Positions 49,636 to 63,521 are shown, counted from the stretch's first letter. The stretch is 64,000 bases of DNA from Calcarisporiella thermophila CBS 279.70 (GCF_041956535.1 NW_027192206.1:62001-126000); one strand, 5' to 3'. Program-made: numbers and translations. Notes: generated from the sequence alone by a model not told the origin.

Positions 49636-51522
49636 ATGCAATTCCAATTTTGTCGTTACTTTAACAACTGGCTCCTATTTGGGTTGCTCGCCATCTCGCG
49701 TCTGCTTGCTACGCAGGCCCAGGCCAAGGTGGTCGAGTTTAACTTTACCATTTCTCGCACGGTGCTATACCCCGACTGTCGTAATACCTCGTTGGTGGTC
49801 GTCAATGGGATGTCCCCCGGCCCCCCCATTCACGTCAACCTCAACGACATCCTTATCGTCAATGTGCGAAATGAGATGCCCGATCCTGAGGATGCGGTGA
49901 CGATGCATTGGCACGGCTTTCACCAGATCGGAACGCTTACATCCGATGGTGTCCCCGGCGTCACCCAGTATCCCATCGGCTTCAACAGCACCTATCGCTA
50001 TGCATTCAAGTTCAGAGAAACACCCGGCACCTATTTTTATCACACCCACACGAAATTGCATATGGTAAGTGTCGTTAGCCAGGAGCGGAGTGGGAATCTC
50101 TAGAACGTGCGGCAGAGAAAACTGATCCCTTTGTAAATGATAGTATGGAGCGCATGGAGCACTAATCGTACATGAGCTAGGTTGGAACGGGCATCGTCCC
50201 GAGGATGGGCTTCAGTATGACGAGGAGAGAACCATCGTTCTCTCTGACTTTCTCAACGCGGATCTTAGTTCAGCAAATCGGAATGATTTGGCAAACTACG
50301 TCAACCGCTATGGCAATTTGGATGCAAACGGTGTGTTTATCAATGGCAGGACCCTAAACTGCACTAACCATCTCGGGTAGCCTCAATTACTCGAGGTCGA
50401 GCCACAAAAGACGTATCGCTTACGCCTGATTAACGCCGGAATCAGCGTCTACCAAGCATTCAAAATCGAAGGACAAGACCTGGAGTTGGTTGAGGCCGAT
50501 GGCCATCTACTCAAGCCCCTAACCGTTCCTCAAGTTGAGCTTCATCTCGGCCAACGCTACTCGGCTTTGTTGCGCACCAATAAACGACCCGCCAGCTACC
50601 TCATTGGTACACGCACGGGGAATGAGACGGCCCAGGATGTTTGCGCGGCCATGTGGTTACAGTATCCATACGCACCGCCGCCCATTTTGCCCAAGAGTTT
50701 TGATGAAGTCAATAAAACGGTCTTCAACCTGATTCCCGAGGTCCAGATAAGCACAGGTTGGGTGGCTAGCCGATTACAAGCAAAGTTGAATGACAACTAT
50801 CACCCCCCTCTGCCACACACGCGTGAGATCATTATCGATCTAAGAGGCAATAGTAATGCAAGCACTTTTTCTGACTTTTGGACCGTCAATGGAGTGCCCT
50901 TCCATTCTCCCAGTTTGCCCATGATCCTCAACGACACGATCATGAAACAACCGCCGTCCAAGTCCCTCCGCGAACTTGAGAACGGCTACGATCCGCAAAC
51001 CAACACCTACCCGGTTCAGGAGGGCGAGGTGATCCAAGTAGTCCTGCAGAATCATGCCGTCGATGCGGGGGGTGTAGTTTTGTGTATGTAGCCCAATTTC
51101 TCCGCTCCCCCCCTCCCCCAACTTATGAGGGTGGCTGGTCTACATTTCCGATTTCACCTCTAACCTTTGTTTGCCTCTTGATAGCTCACCCGTGGCATTT
51201 GCATGGCCATGCCTTTTGGGATCTGGGGAGTGGACCGGGCGCCTACATTTCAAGCAATAGCACCAGTCTCCTCAACACAAAAGACCCCATCCTTCGCGAT
51301 ACGACGGTCATCTACTCGTATGTCAAGGATCAGAGCTCGATCCCCGGCGGTAAGCCGGTCGGATGGCGGGTACTTCGTTTTGTTGCCAATAATCCCGGGT
51401 TGTGGTTCTCGCATTGCCATATTGGACTTCATCACCTGGATGGCATGGCATTTGTCTTTGCAGAGAGAAGTAAAAACAACACCGTTCCGATGCTTCTCCA
51501 TAGCACCAATACCCTTGGCTAG
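49636..51522 (+). CDS. Secreted laccase/ascorbate-oxidase-like multicopper oxidase with one in-frame TAG (possible recent pseudogene)
   Basis: Signal peptide; HWHG, YHTH, HPWHLHGH, HCHIGLHHLDGM all intact; introns 50065-50143 and 51084-51184; TAG at 50378-50380 is in frame. Confidence 0.88.
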
Positions 51523-52894
51523 TCAGGCGCTGGCGAGCGTGGCCTTGAGCCTCATGAGGCCAGCAGCCATGCATCTAAGGAGCATGGATTAGACTAGTTG
51601 GCCTTTGAAATAGTCAATCCTTTGGCCTGTAAGGCATTTTAATAAATTCCACTGTATAGAGACACGAAGTTAGCTTGAGCATACAGGTTGGACACATGGA
51701 CATCGACGCCATTTTGAAAAGCTTTGTTCATCCTCAAACTTGGAAAGCCGGATTCCTCTCGTCCCGGTGTTATTAGAATTTAGACCACAACGCGTAGTTT
51801 CCAATGCACCATCAATGGGCACAGCGCCATGGTGTATGGAGTGAACTATGGTGAAGGGGCTTGGTTGCAAACTCGGATTCCGGGGATAAAGAATGGCCAT
51901 CTGAAAAAATGGACCTCTCTTTTCCAAACTGGCTCGAGGAGGTCGCACTGAAGATAAATTAAAGGATCTACCTACCTAGGGGAACCCGACTGACGACCAC
52001 CGAGACTTGGAGAGGAGGAATCTCTTGCCGAAAATGGAGCAGAATACCAGGCTCCGATCATTTATCGTCTATCTTTTGTTTTTTCCCTCCTCTTGCATTG
52101 CATCGATGCCACGATACTGTATGTGTGTGAATTATTCGCGGCATTCGGAGGCCCATTTTTGGAGGAGTCTCGAGAGAAAGTAAGTGTTTGCAAGGGGGGG
52201 CGATGCGCGGAGCGATGGGCCATCCGGGCGATTGAGAATTAACGTGCATGGAAAAAACTAAAAAATAGAAAGGGAGTGCGATGCATGTTATTAATTTCAT
52301 GGAGGATTTATTAATGAGTTGCTTGCGAAAAGGAGGCCAATCTCTATGCCTCTGCATCTGTGCACTTGCAAAATAAGGAAATTATGGGGAGGGGAGGCAT
52401 TGCGTGGCGACTGCGCAGCCTTCGCCGCAGCGGACGGAGGGCGCAGGCTCGAGGGGGCGACGAGGGCGGCCGTTTGCGGAGGGGGCGAGGAGCTGCGCGG
52501 GGCTAGATCGCCAGGTCCCCAGGACTGGGATTTGTCGGTTTTTGGGCCAAGGTTTAATTTCAGAGGTTTCAAAACAATTTCATTTCCGAGGGCTCTAGAG
52601 CTTGTGCGGAGCTTGGACTGCACGCTCGAATAAGGAAGGAATCAGCTCTCCAAACTGCATGCTTGCACAGAGATTTGCCCAAAACATCGCCCCGCAAGAG
52701 CAAATATATACCTTCTCTGTTCTCCGGCTCTCAGCCTCGCCCCCTCTCTCCCTCCACCCCCACCCCAACCCGTCCCACACAGCTCTCCTTACAGCCCTTA
52801 TGTAATCGGCCTCCCCTTCCATTCATTTCCTATTTCTCTGCATTCACCTGAAACACGGCCCTGCCCTACTCTTCATCCTTTCAGCAGCATCAAC

Positions 52895-54346
52895 ATGCTG
52901 GGAACAAGACGGTCCCCGACCCACCCCGCCCCGGTAACCAAACCCTCGACCCGGCATCCTCTGCGCCCTGCCCAATCGCTAACCTTTGCTCATCATTTGT
53001 CCTTTGTGTAGCCGCACTCCGACCGAGAGCTGGAAAAGAATCCCCTCAAGCGCTTGTTCAGATTCTCCAATCCGCCCAAATGGGATCCCTCTCGTCGCCC
53101 GGTGTCCGTGTACGACTATGCAACCCCAAAGCCCCCGGAGAGACCCCTCTCCACTACCTCTGCAAAGAGCATTACATCAAGCTGCTCTCGGAGCATTAGT
53201 AGTATTTCGGATCTCCCGCCCGCCCTGGCCGCCCGTCCCAAGAAGAAGGAGCTTCGGGACCGAAGGGCTCGCCCGCTCTCTTTACTGTTCGATTTCAGCG
53301 CTCGACGGTCGAACTCTCAGCCGCAACGGCAGCAATCCCTGGCAAAGAAGGTCAGCCTGGAGCACACTCTTGGGCCGGCTCCCAAGGTGCAAAAGGCATA
53401 TCGAGTGGTGGAGGATGTGGATCATTACTATGAGTATTCTTCCGAGGAGGAGTATGAGAAGGAGGACGAGGGGTATGATGGGGAATGGGATGTCTACGAC
53501 CGGATTTCCAACGCTAGCTCCTCGCTCGACTCTACCGTGGGGAGGGCCCAGAGTGATCCACGGCGGCAGCAGGACATGAGGGCTGGGCCCAAGGTCGAGA
53601 GGTGCCTGCCGGCCGTGGCCCCCCCGATCCCAGTGGAGGACGAGGAGACGGAAGACGACGGAATCTCGGTCACCTCCTCCTACGCATCGGCCTCGCTTGC
53701 CCCCCGACCCACCTCCATCAGCTCCTCTGGAAACACTTCCACCGCCACCTCCCACGAAATAGACCAGTCCTCCAGGATCCGCCAGCTGGAGCTCCAGCTC
53801 GAGCGGCTTACCCTCCAGAACGTCCGATTACAGCGAGCCAGCCGCTTGCTCAAAGTGGATGCGGAAGAGCAGGCCACCGAGGCGCGGAGGCTTGCCGAGG
53901 ATGAAGCCCATCACCTGCGCTTACTGAACGTTCAGCTGCAACGTTCCAATCGGCTGATGATGCAGGAGCTTGACGAGATTGCCCAAGCTCGGCGCGACGC
54001 TGGGTTTGGGCCCGAGTATGAGTTTCTAGTGCAGCAGATGGCCTTCATGCACCGCCAGCTAGCGGGCCCGGATCCATCGCTGGCAAAGATGGATGGAGAA
54101 GAAGGCAAGCAGCAAAGAAGGCTCGAGGAGATCGAGCGCGAGAATGAGACCCTGCGCGAATCTCTTGCCCAGATGCGCGAGACCCTTCGCACTATCAAAG
54201 CATCCCACATGGACTTGGAGCGGAAATATCGCGCTGAGCTGACGGGATGCCGAGAGGGGATGCGCAAACGGCTGCCAACAAGAGAGGATGAAGAGGAGGA
54301 GGAAAAGCGGGAAGATGGGCAGCAGCGCATCGAGGTCGAGGCATGA
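52895..54346 (+). CDS. Hypothetical protein with disordered N-terminus and C-terminal coiled coil
   Basis: 430-codon ORF plus a short first exon (intron 52934-53011 in frame); heptads IRQLELQLERLTLQNVRLQR. Confidence 0.8.
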
Positions 54347-54916
54347 AATGGAGTTGCAATAGGTTCAATCTTTTTTTGGTTTCTTTACTGATATATCTTT
54401 TCAAGTTTCTACTCTATTCCAATTTTTGTTTGTCTTTTGTTGTTTCTTCTCATTACTTTTATTTTCTTTGCTTATCCACACTTCACTCTCACTCAATTTG
54501 TAGCATTCGCAATAACTGTTAATAAGCTAAAATAGCCACGGCCGTAGTTTTAATGTAAAAAGGATTTCAAGGGTAGTTTGAATAAATTGCTTTCCCTTAT
54601 TCTTTGCGGTCGGATGCGGGCTGCTTGGGTGGATGCTCTATATTAAATAAGCTTCTCAGCATTCGCCCCCCCTCCGTTGCATTAAAATAAAAAAAGGCAG
54701 TAATAAATAAAAATGCGGGATAGGGGAAATATGTACACATGATCTGAGTGAAAGAAGAGGGAACATATACGAAATAAAAAGAATAAATAAGGATAAGGGT
54801 CATCTATAGTCGAAAACGGCTCTCGTGTCCAGTATAAATAAGAGCCAAACCTACTTAACTATGAAAAAATAAACTTGAAGAAACAGCATGGGTCCCGAAA
54901 AGAGTCTCTAATGCCA

Positions 54917-57098
54917 TCAGATGCTGGAGAGATCATTTTTATCGCCCTTTTCCTTCTCCGCTTCCTCTTGCTCGATCACCTCCTCCCTGTCTCCCGAGGA
55001 AGTGTCTTGACTTGTTTGGCCACCCACACTATCCATATTCCCCTCGGTTGCAACCACTATCTCGTCGAGTCCCTCTTCGGCTTTCTCCTCCTCCTGCTCT
55101 CCAGACTTCGTCTCCTTCCCGGCAGCCGGCCGCTTCAACTTGTGCGCGAGAACGAACCACGTCGCCAGGAAACTCATACATGCAATTGGCGTCAACACCC
55201 GCCAAATCATATGAATCCCCTGCACATAACATTCAATGGCCATGTCCCGCTGTTGGTCGGTCAAACGGCCCGGCTCATGAAGCACTTCGATCGACTGGCT
55301 GGCCAGCTTGGCTACGTCGGGAGGCAACACCGCCGGAAGACAACCCGACAGATGCGTGTTCAAAATCATGGCGCACACCGCAACTCCGATCACGCCCCCG
55401 AATACACGCGAGTAGTTACCAAGACTCGTTGAGACGGCAAGATCACGGAACGGCACGGCGCTCTGAATGGCAATCACGGCGGTGGTGAAGATGTTTCCGG
55501 CGCCGAGCCCGGCTACGACCGGGATCCCGTACAAGGCGGCCTCGCTAGAATGGGCGTCTAGTAAAAGGAAGATCCCCACTCCCACCGAGATTAGGGCCGT
55601 GCCCAAGCGAAGGAACCAACGGTAGCTCTGCGTGTAGGAAATCAAAAAGCCAATGACGGTGCCAACCGCACAAATGGCCATCTGCATAGGGATCATACGA
55701 ACCCCCGACATCGTCGCACTATCGCCCCTGACACTCTACAGTAATAGAATATCCGTGGTGAGCGTCTCCATCAAAAAGTCTTGCTGCAAACAAAGTAGAT
55801 CCCAACCTGGTAATACATGGGCAAGTAGTAGACCAGCGAGAAGAACGTGAGACCAAAGAAGAAATTCGAGATGTACACGCTAAGCACGGTTCGAACCCGG
55901 AACAGATGGGGAGGGAAGATTGGCTCGGGGACCACCTTGATTTCCACCCACACCAACACCGCGAAGAACACCACTGCAATCACGAGGGGGGCGATGACTT
56001 CCGCCGTCCCCCATCCCGTCTCGGACCCCGCGAGAGTCAGGGCTACCAGCAAACAAGAGGAGGCAACCACCACCAGAATAGTGCCGATGAAATCAACTCG
56101 CTTGATCTTGCTGCGGAAAGAACCGCGGGGGGCAGGCATCCGGAGGTATATGAAGATGATCAGAAATGCCACCGCGCCGAATGGAAGATTGATGTAGAAA
56201 GTCCACCGCCACGACACTTTGTCGGTCAACGCTCCACCTGAAAATAGAATCCAGCCGGTTAGTCCCTTTTTATTTTCCTAGCTCCCATTCCTCCCTCCTT
56301 GATCTATATCGAATGAAAAAGGGTTACCTAGCAATGGTCCGGCCACCGAGGAAATCGCAAAGACGGAGTTGATGAATCCTTGGTATTTACCCCGTTTATG
56401 CAGAGGCGTAATCTCGCTGATGGCAATCATCACCATCGAAAACACCCCAGAACCTCCAATTCCTTGGAGCGCGCGGAAAGCTATCAACATGGCCATATTT
56501 TGGGCGACCCCACAGAGGGCGGAGGTGATGAGGAAGAACACCACGCTCACGAGCAGCACAATTTTGCTACCGAAGATATTGGCGAACTTTCCAAAGAGCG
56601 GCTGGAAGCTATGTGATCATAGGGGTCTCGGTTAGTATTCATGAAGTAAGTGTGGGAAAGAAACAGAGGGAAGGCGCCAATGGATTAGAATGAAACCCCA
56701 CCTGTTGAAACAGAGGATGTAAGAGGTCGCAATCCAGGATACAAGCTCGAGCTGGTGGAATTCCGAGGCTATCTTGGGCATGGCTGTGGACACAATGGTT
56801 GTATCCATTGCAGCGAGGAAAAGAGCAACACAGCATCTAATTTGGAATCAATCAGCCCATGTTCGGTTGGAATGACATCGAAAGGGAGGTCGATGGCCCA
56901 CCCCATGACTTACCCGACGATACTGATAATCAGCTGCCGGAATGGAAGTTCCGGGATCTCATCGGCTTCATGTTCAGCCTTTTTCTTGCTGCTCTTTTCC
57001 AGGTCGACGTCTGTCACTGCGGTTTCCGTAACGGAGACGGGTGTGGTATATCCGCTTTCTGAGCGCGCTGCCTCACTCGGCCTTGTATTGGAGCCCAT
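54917..57098 (-). CDS. MFS drug:H+ antiporter, DHA2 (14-TMS) family
   Basis: LAAMDTTIVSTAMPKI, LIAFRALQGIGG, RGKYQG, WRWTFYINLPFG, YYLPMYYQ. Confidence 0.93.
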
Positions 57099-57915
57099 GA
57101 GAATGGAGGGGTGTGAATGGGAATGAACGGCGCATTCGCCGAGTGAGAAAAATAATTTATAGTTTTAAAAAATGAGTTGGAAAAAGGTTTTTGCGTACAC
57201 AAAACTGTCAAAATAAACTCTTAAGTTAGATGCCCACGTTTCGTTTTTGAATAATTCCAAGTCACAAGTGATTATCGGTGCCCCTAACCCCCAGGCGTTC
57301 CATCGTCCAATATGGTCCTATCTAGAGGGAAATAGAAATCCCATACTGAGGGTATACTGCACCAGGGCCGTCAAAACAAGGCTAAACATTTTTTAATCCC
57401 TTCCTACCATGAATCATACTATATCCGCACCTCTTGTACACTATTAGTGCATTTTCTCCGTCGCAACTTCAATTAAATCCAAACAAAAACATAGGTGCAA
57501 ACGATGGCTTTGTTTTTTACCGGATAATTGTTAATATTTACCGTAAAAAATGGTTTTGGTAATCGAAACAGAAATTTGAACTCTAATTATTTGTTATGTT
57601 TTTTACAGCAAGCAGTGTGGGAAAGCAACCGTCCCACTCCTTTGTTCGAGACATTTTTCAAGAGACGAGAAGAGAGAGCAGCACCATAGCCATATTGGCA
57701 CACTCCCTGCTCGCTTTCTGTAGAGTCAAACTTGCTTTACACAGTTCTCAACAAGCCTCGAATTTTCCCTTTTATATGTTGTGTATCGTCTAACCATCTT
57801 GACTCATCCTCCTTGGGCTTATGCAGAGGCATGGCTTTTAAGTCGTCCCCCCCCATAAAAAATACAGGGGGTAAGGTGCTCAGCTCCTAAATAATTTTCT
57901 CAGGTTAGAGCCACC

Positions 57916-59365
57916 ATGTTGCGGTATAATAGCCCGCTCTTTCAAGTGATTTTGTTGGGTCTGGTGTGCTGGGCTTGCCCGGGGATGTTCAACGCTCTAC
58001 AAGGTATCCAAGATGGGGAGCCCTCTGAAATATATATGAGATAAAAAAAAGAAAACCCCATTGTGCTATCGATGAAAATTCACTTGAATAGGGATGGGCG
58101 GAGGCGGCCAAGTGGACCATACCGTTGTCGACAAGGCCAACACGGCGGTCTATGCCTGTTTTGCCATCGTCGGGTTTGCTTCAGGCGGCATCTGCAACCT
58201 TCTGGGGCCGAAGCTGACTCTGTTTATTGGCACTCTTGGATTCGTGCTCTACGGCGGATCGCTTCTCACCTACAACCTTCGAGGCACCAGCGCCTTTGTG
58301 ATTGCTTCAGGAGCAATCCTTGGGGTGTGCGCGGGGCTGCTCTGGACGGCTCAGGGAGTCATCATGCTAAGCTATCCCGACGCAAAGTCCAAGGGCCGCT
58401 ATATATCCTTGTTTTGGAGCATCTTCAACATCGGCGGGGTGGTGGGGGGGCTGATCCCGCTCTTCATCAACCTCAACCACACCACGGCCGAATCGATCAG
58501 CAACGAGACCTACATCGCCTTTATTGTTCTGATGGCCCTTGGGGCTGTCCTCTGCTTGACACTGCTTCCTCCACATAAGGTTGTGCGCGATGACGACTCA
58601 CCCGTTGGTGACACGAGGCTCCCAGATTGGCGGCGCGAGCTTATTGCAACCTTAAAGCTTGTGTTGAACAAGCGGCTGCTCGTGCTTGTGCCCCTCTGTT
58701 TTTCGTCCAACTTCTACTACACCTATCACTTCAACGCGGTCAACGGCTTCTACTTCAACGTACGGACTCGCGCCCTCAATATCGTCATCTATTGGACCAT
58801 GGAGATCATCACCGCGTCCCTGTTTGGCCTCGTGTTGGACGCGAAGCAATTCAGCCGGCGGACGCGTGGGCTCCTGGGGCTCTTGACCATTTGCGTCGCA
58901 ATGCTTCCCACGTGGGCCGGAGCCGTCGTCTTCCAGCAGACCTATGACCGTACGCTCGAAAAACCCGCCGTCGATTGGACCGATCCGCGTTTTGCTGGAG
59001 CATTCGTCCTCTATGCCCTCTTCGGGCTGAACGATGCGCTCTGGCAGGTTTTTGCCTACTGGCTGCTCGGGGGTCTTTCGGATGATCCACAGGAGCTATC
59101 CCGTTATACCGGTTTCTACAAGAGTATCCAGAGCGCCGGCGCAGCTATAGCTTGGGCCATTGATGGAGCGGGCGTCTCTTATCGCGTGCAGGTGATTGTA
59201 AACTTTGCTTTGATACTTGCTGCACTTCCAGGCATGATCATGGTCATCTGTACCACGCCGGCCCAAAACACCTCAGCCGCCGAGCCCAGTGAAAAATGCT
59301 CGGTGGAACCCCCTCGAGTCATGAATATCACGCAACATATATCCAATGGAACTGAAAGCTCGTAA
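57916..59365 (+). CDS. UNC-93-like MFS transporter (paralog B)
   Basis: Clearly similar along its whole length to 45830-47284, with the same intron position after NALQ. Confidence 0.93.
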
Positions 59366-59718
59366 TGTCTGCAATGACGGTATATCAAGAGTTTTCTAGT
59401 TTGCACCCAGTTATCATTCCTCTTCTTTTTTTCACAATCACTTTCAAATTAATATTAGTTCAATTCATTTCTCTCCAACTAGAGTGGGTTGTATCGCCGA
59501 ATGGAAAATCGGCCGTGTCTTTCGTCTCATTATTTCTCATGGGAAAAAAACTCAGGAAAACAGAATGGAAAACAATCTATTAAAGAGGAAAAAAAAACAA
59601 ATAAACATAAAGTCAAACAAAACAATATGATCGGACGTACATCAAATTCAAACAGATTAAAAACAAAAAGAAAATCCAAACTGACGTTCTTCAGAATCCA
59701 TTATTTTTGGTTCTATTT

Positions 59719-61337
59719 TCACAGCTTACGAGCCAGCACGATCGAATGCTGCGCTCCTGCTGACACTCGGATGACTTTGTATCCCTCTAGGCGCTTGCCG
59801 ACAATCTTCTGCGGCGTGATTTCGTCCTCCTCTTTCCCCGTTCCCAATGCCCCATTTTCACCAAAGCCCCACGAATACACCTCGCCTTCTCGGGTAAGGG
59901 CCAGTGAATGGTGCGTTCCAACGGCAATGGCATCACACGGTGGCAGTCCAGGGATTCGTGTTGGAGATGAGACAGCTTGTTTGCTTGAGCCCTCCGTGTC
60001 GTTCTCGTTGAGCTTCTGCAGCAGCTCAGTGGGAAGTCCCAGCTGCGAAGAGTCGCCGCGTCCAAAAGAGTACACCTCACCGTTGTCCAAAAGCACAACC
60101 GAGTGATGCTCACCGCCAGCCGCTTGCTTCACAACTTTACCCTCCAGCTCCCCCTTGATCTCGGTCGGATTCATCACAGCGCCTTCGGGCACCCCATCAC
60201 GCTCTTCTGTCAACCCACACTGGTAAAAGTTGTTTAGTCCCCACACTAGAAGACGTCCCTCCTTCGTCACTGCAAATGAGTGATATGAACCCGATCCAAT
60301 GTGAATAATGTCACGAAGCGGAAGTCTACTCACAGCATAGTGTTAGTGTACCTGATGGGTGACCCAATCACGAGCAAATAATAATAATACTTTTGCGGTG
60401 ACAAATATTCTTTAATACGCCTCTCTGAAATACGGTGTCCAAACTGATTCAACTGACCATTACCCCATCCGTAGACATGGCCAGATGCGGTCAAGGCCAG
60501 TGCATGCTCCAATCCTGCTGTCACATCCACTATTTTATCCAATCCTTTAAGGAGCGTTGGCCGTTTGGCAATTTTTATATCTTTGTTGAAGCCTATATCT
60601 TTCCCTTCGCTATCCTATAGTCGAGCAGAGGGTTAACGAACGAGAAGAGCAATCTTTGACAGGGTCAATATATACCCGGAATATACCCCATGCATACACC
60701 TTGCCATCGTCTGTAAGGGCTATCGATAGATTGTCCGCAGCAGCAATCTTGACGATCTTAACACCGTCGAGCCCTTCAACCGGGTCAGGAAGAAATTCGT
60801 CGCCATCGCGACCCAACACACATTTGTCATTGCAACCCCATGAGATAATCTATCGAGAAAAAAAAAATAAAAACAATTTAGCAAAGAATAGTCAGATTAT
60901 GCCAAAAAATAGTCTCAATTTGCTATGTTAAACACCTTGCCATCTTTAGTCAATACTAAACTGTGTAATCCTCCAGCCACAATGTCCACTCCTGTCACAT
61001 CCTTCACGGGGAATGCCGCCTTCACTTCAAGGCGCTCGTCTCCTAACCCAAGTTGGCCGCAATCACCATTCCCGAACACAAAAATGGTCCCTTCATCAGC
61101 GGGGAGTTTGGGAGAAGGGTTGAGGGCTGGCTTGGCGGCGGGGGGTGCGGCAACGCGCGCACGTTTAGCTTTGGGAGGCGCGGCGGCGTCATTGTTATTG
61201 ACGCGTTTTCGTCCATCGACGCGAGCAATCTTTTCACTCCGATCAGTAGCCGTTGTTTTCTTGGTGACTTTTGGGCCGGACGATTTTTTTTGGATAGAGG
61301 CAGGTGCGGGACCGTTGGATTTTTTCTTTGCTGCCAT
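59719..61337 (-). CDS. RCC1: Regulator of chromosome condensation RCC1 (Pim1/Srm1), RanGEF
   Basis: Basic N-terminus; repeats FGNGDCGQLGLG, AGGLHSL, SWGCNDK..LGR, GGEHHS, SAGAQHS. Confidence 0.93.
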
Positions 61338-61614
61338 ATTTAAATCAAAACTAGATGGATCGAAAACAGGAGAGGGAAGTGATACGAAGCAAGATCAAGG
61401 CAAAATGAAGTGGGCTCGACTGAGAAACCGAGGTGGCATCAATATTCGTGACTGTGATTCGTAATTCGAGGTACTTCTTGTAAAATGGTTTCCTATAGTA
61501 TATTGGAGTAGCGGTCAGAGAGACAGTCATTAAAGTTGTGCGTATACCACCAGGCCGACACGAGGTTTGAAGCCAACATTACTAGTCTGGGCATTCACTT
61601 CAAGATCACACCCG

Positions 61615-63521
61615 ATGATGAGTCGTTGCCCCACCATGCTCCGCCGCTTGTCCGATCTCCCACTTCATCCTCCACGATTCCCGAGCTCTCTCCCCATTGA
61701 TCCCGCCACTCCAGACCCACACAATTTACCACCCCAAGAAACCCTTCATCAGAACCGTGCCGTACCCGGTTGCGCAAGCTATGTTCACCCGACACCCCAG
61801 CCCTCTCCCGAACTCATCGCCGTCTCACCTGCTGCGGTCCAGCTACTTGAACTTGACCCAGCGGAAGTCGAGAAAAGAGAGTTCCTGGAGATAGTGGCCG
61901 GGAACAGAGTATTAGAGGGGACCACCCCATGGGCGCAGAACTATGGTGGCCATCAGTTTGGCGTCTGGGCGGGTCAGTTAGGAGATGGCCGTGCCATTTC
62001 TTTATTCGAGACCAAGACTTCCAGTGGCGAAATCTATGAGCTTCAGCTGAAAGGGGCTGGAAAAACCCCTTACTCCCGCTGGTTCACGGATGGATGGGCG
62101 GTCCTACGCTCCTCTATCAGAGAGTTTCTTGGCTCGGAATACCTTGCGGCACTGAAAGTTCCGACGACTCGTGCCCTGTCGTTGGTGAAAACTTCTCGGG
62201 TAGTGAAGCGCGAAAGAAATGAGCCCGGCGCTGTCGTTTGTCGGATTGGACCATCGTTCGTTCGATTTGGCACCTTTGAAATATTCCATCAACGAGGCGA
62301 CCGAGACACCCTTCGTCAACTCGCAGAATTCACATGCCGTGAGCTCTTTTCCATTTCCGAGCATGAGAAGCAACAGCAACACGATACAATCGTCCCCGCG
62401 GCCGACCAAGAGACAGGAAAGCCTGTAGCAGATAGCAAGGAGGGGAACGGCAATAGATTTTGGCAAATGTTCCGAGAAAGTGCCTACCGCACCGCCCGAA
62501 TGGTCGCCCGATGGCAGGCTACCGGATTTTGCCATGGCGTACTCAACACAGATAATATGCATGTCCTGGGGGTTACGCTCGATTACGGGCCATTTGCGTT
62601 TATGGAGGCTTTTGATCCCAAATTCATTTGCAATCATTCCGACGACGGGGTAGATTTCGTGTGCGACTCTGCTCAACTGCCAATTCCATTGATTAACCTC
62701 CATTGCCTCTTGCTTTCTACTCGTTTTAGGGAAGATATTCGTACGAGGCTCAGCCCCAGATCTGCGCATGGAATCTGTTCAAGTTTGGCACAACCTTAGC
62801 AGAGCTGATTGGTGCTGGAAATATGGTTGATTCCCCCTCGCAGCCCTCCGATGAGCAACTCAAAATCTACCGAGAAAAAGGAAAGAGCTCTGTTGTCCAA
62901 TTTTTGAACGACGAATTTGGAAACGCATTTCTTCGGGAATACACAACCTTCATGCGAGAGAAGCTGGGTTTCAGCGAGCAACTGGAAGATGATTTGTCCA
63001 GAGTGATTGAGCCGTTGCTCTCGGTCTTATATCGTCACGATCTCGACTACCACCGTTTTTTCCGCTCACTCTCCTCTTTCGATGCAACTGGGGAAGAGGA
63101 CATCCCGCAAGACGGAGAGGTTGTCACGAGGTTGATCGGAGGGTGTTCTCCGACAGGATTCGGGTTCGAGGACCAACGCGTCCAATCCCAGAAAGACTCA
63201 GTCTTACGTCGCGACGTGGCCAACTGGCTCGAGCTTTATCGAGCCCGTCTGCAAGTCGAAGGTCAGTTTGCGGCTCGTGAGCAGAAGGGGCTTCGTGCCA
63301 GTGGGATGAACAAAGCCAATCCCAGCTTTGTTCTGCGAAACTGGGTCGCCCAGGAGGTCATTGACGCAGCAGAGCAAGGTGATTACGCGCCGTTGAAGGT
63401 GTGTCTTGAAATGTGCCTTGAGCCTTTCAAGGAGCCTGATGAATACCCGGATGGTGGAAGGCGATTTTTGGAGAAGACACCCCGGTGGGGGCAGGGTCTT
63501 ATTTGTTCTTGTAGTTCATGA
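61615..63521 (+). CDS. FMP40: Protein adenylyltransferase SelO/YdiU (Fmp40), Cys-type
   Basis: YGGHQFGVWAGQLGDGRA, ELQLKGAGKTPYSR, HGVLNTDN, DYGPF, NPSFVLRNW, C-terminal CSCSS; intron 62650-62729. Confidence 0.96.

Noticed and set aside
19544-50380. TAG reassigned to a sense codon (in-frame TAGs in both the GDSL and laccase genes)
   Set aside because: Long conserved ORFs in the window contain no internal TAG, TAG terminates RTT109, PUF and others, and the GDSL gene seems to carry a second lesion
58004-58091. Intron starting GTATCC as a third U12 intron
   Set aside because: The donor continues AA rather than TT, and there is no TCCTTAAC branch site
63500-63521. SelO as a selenoprotein
   Set aside because: The C-terminus is TGT TCT TGT AGT TCA TGA (CSCSS-stop); the Sec-equivalent position is Cys and the TGA is the normal stop
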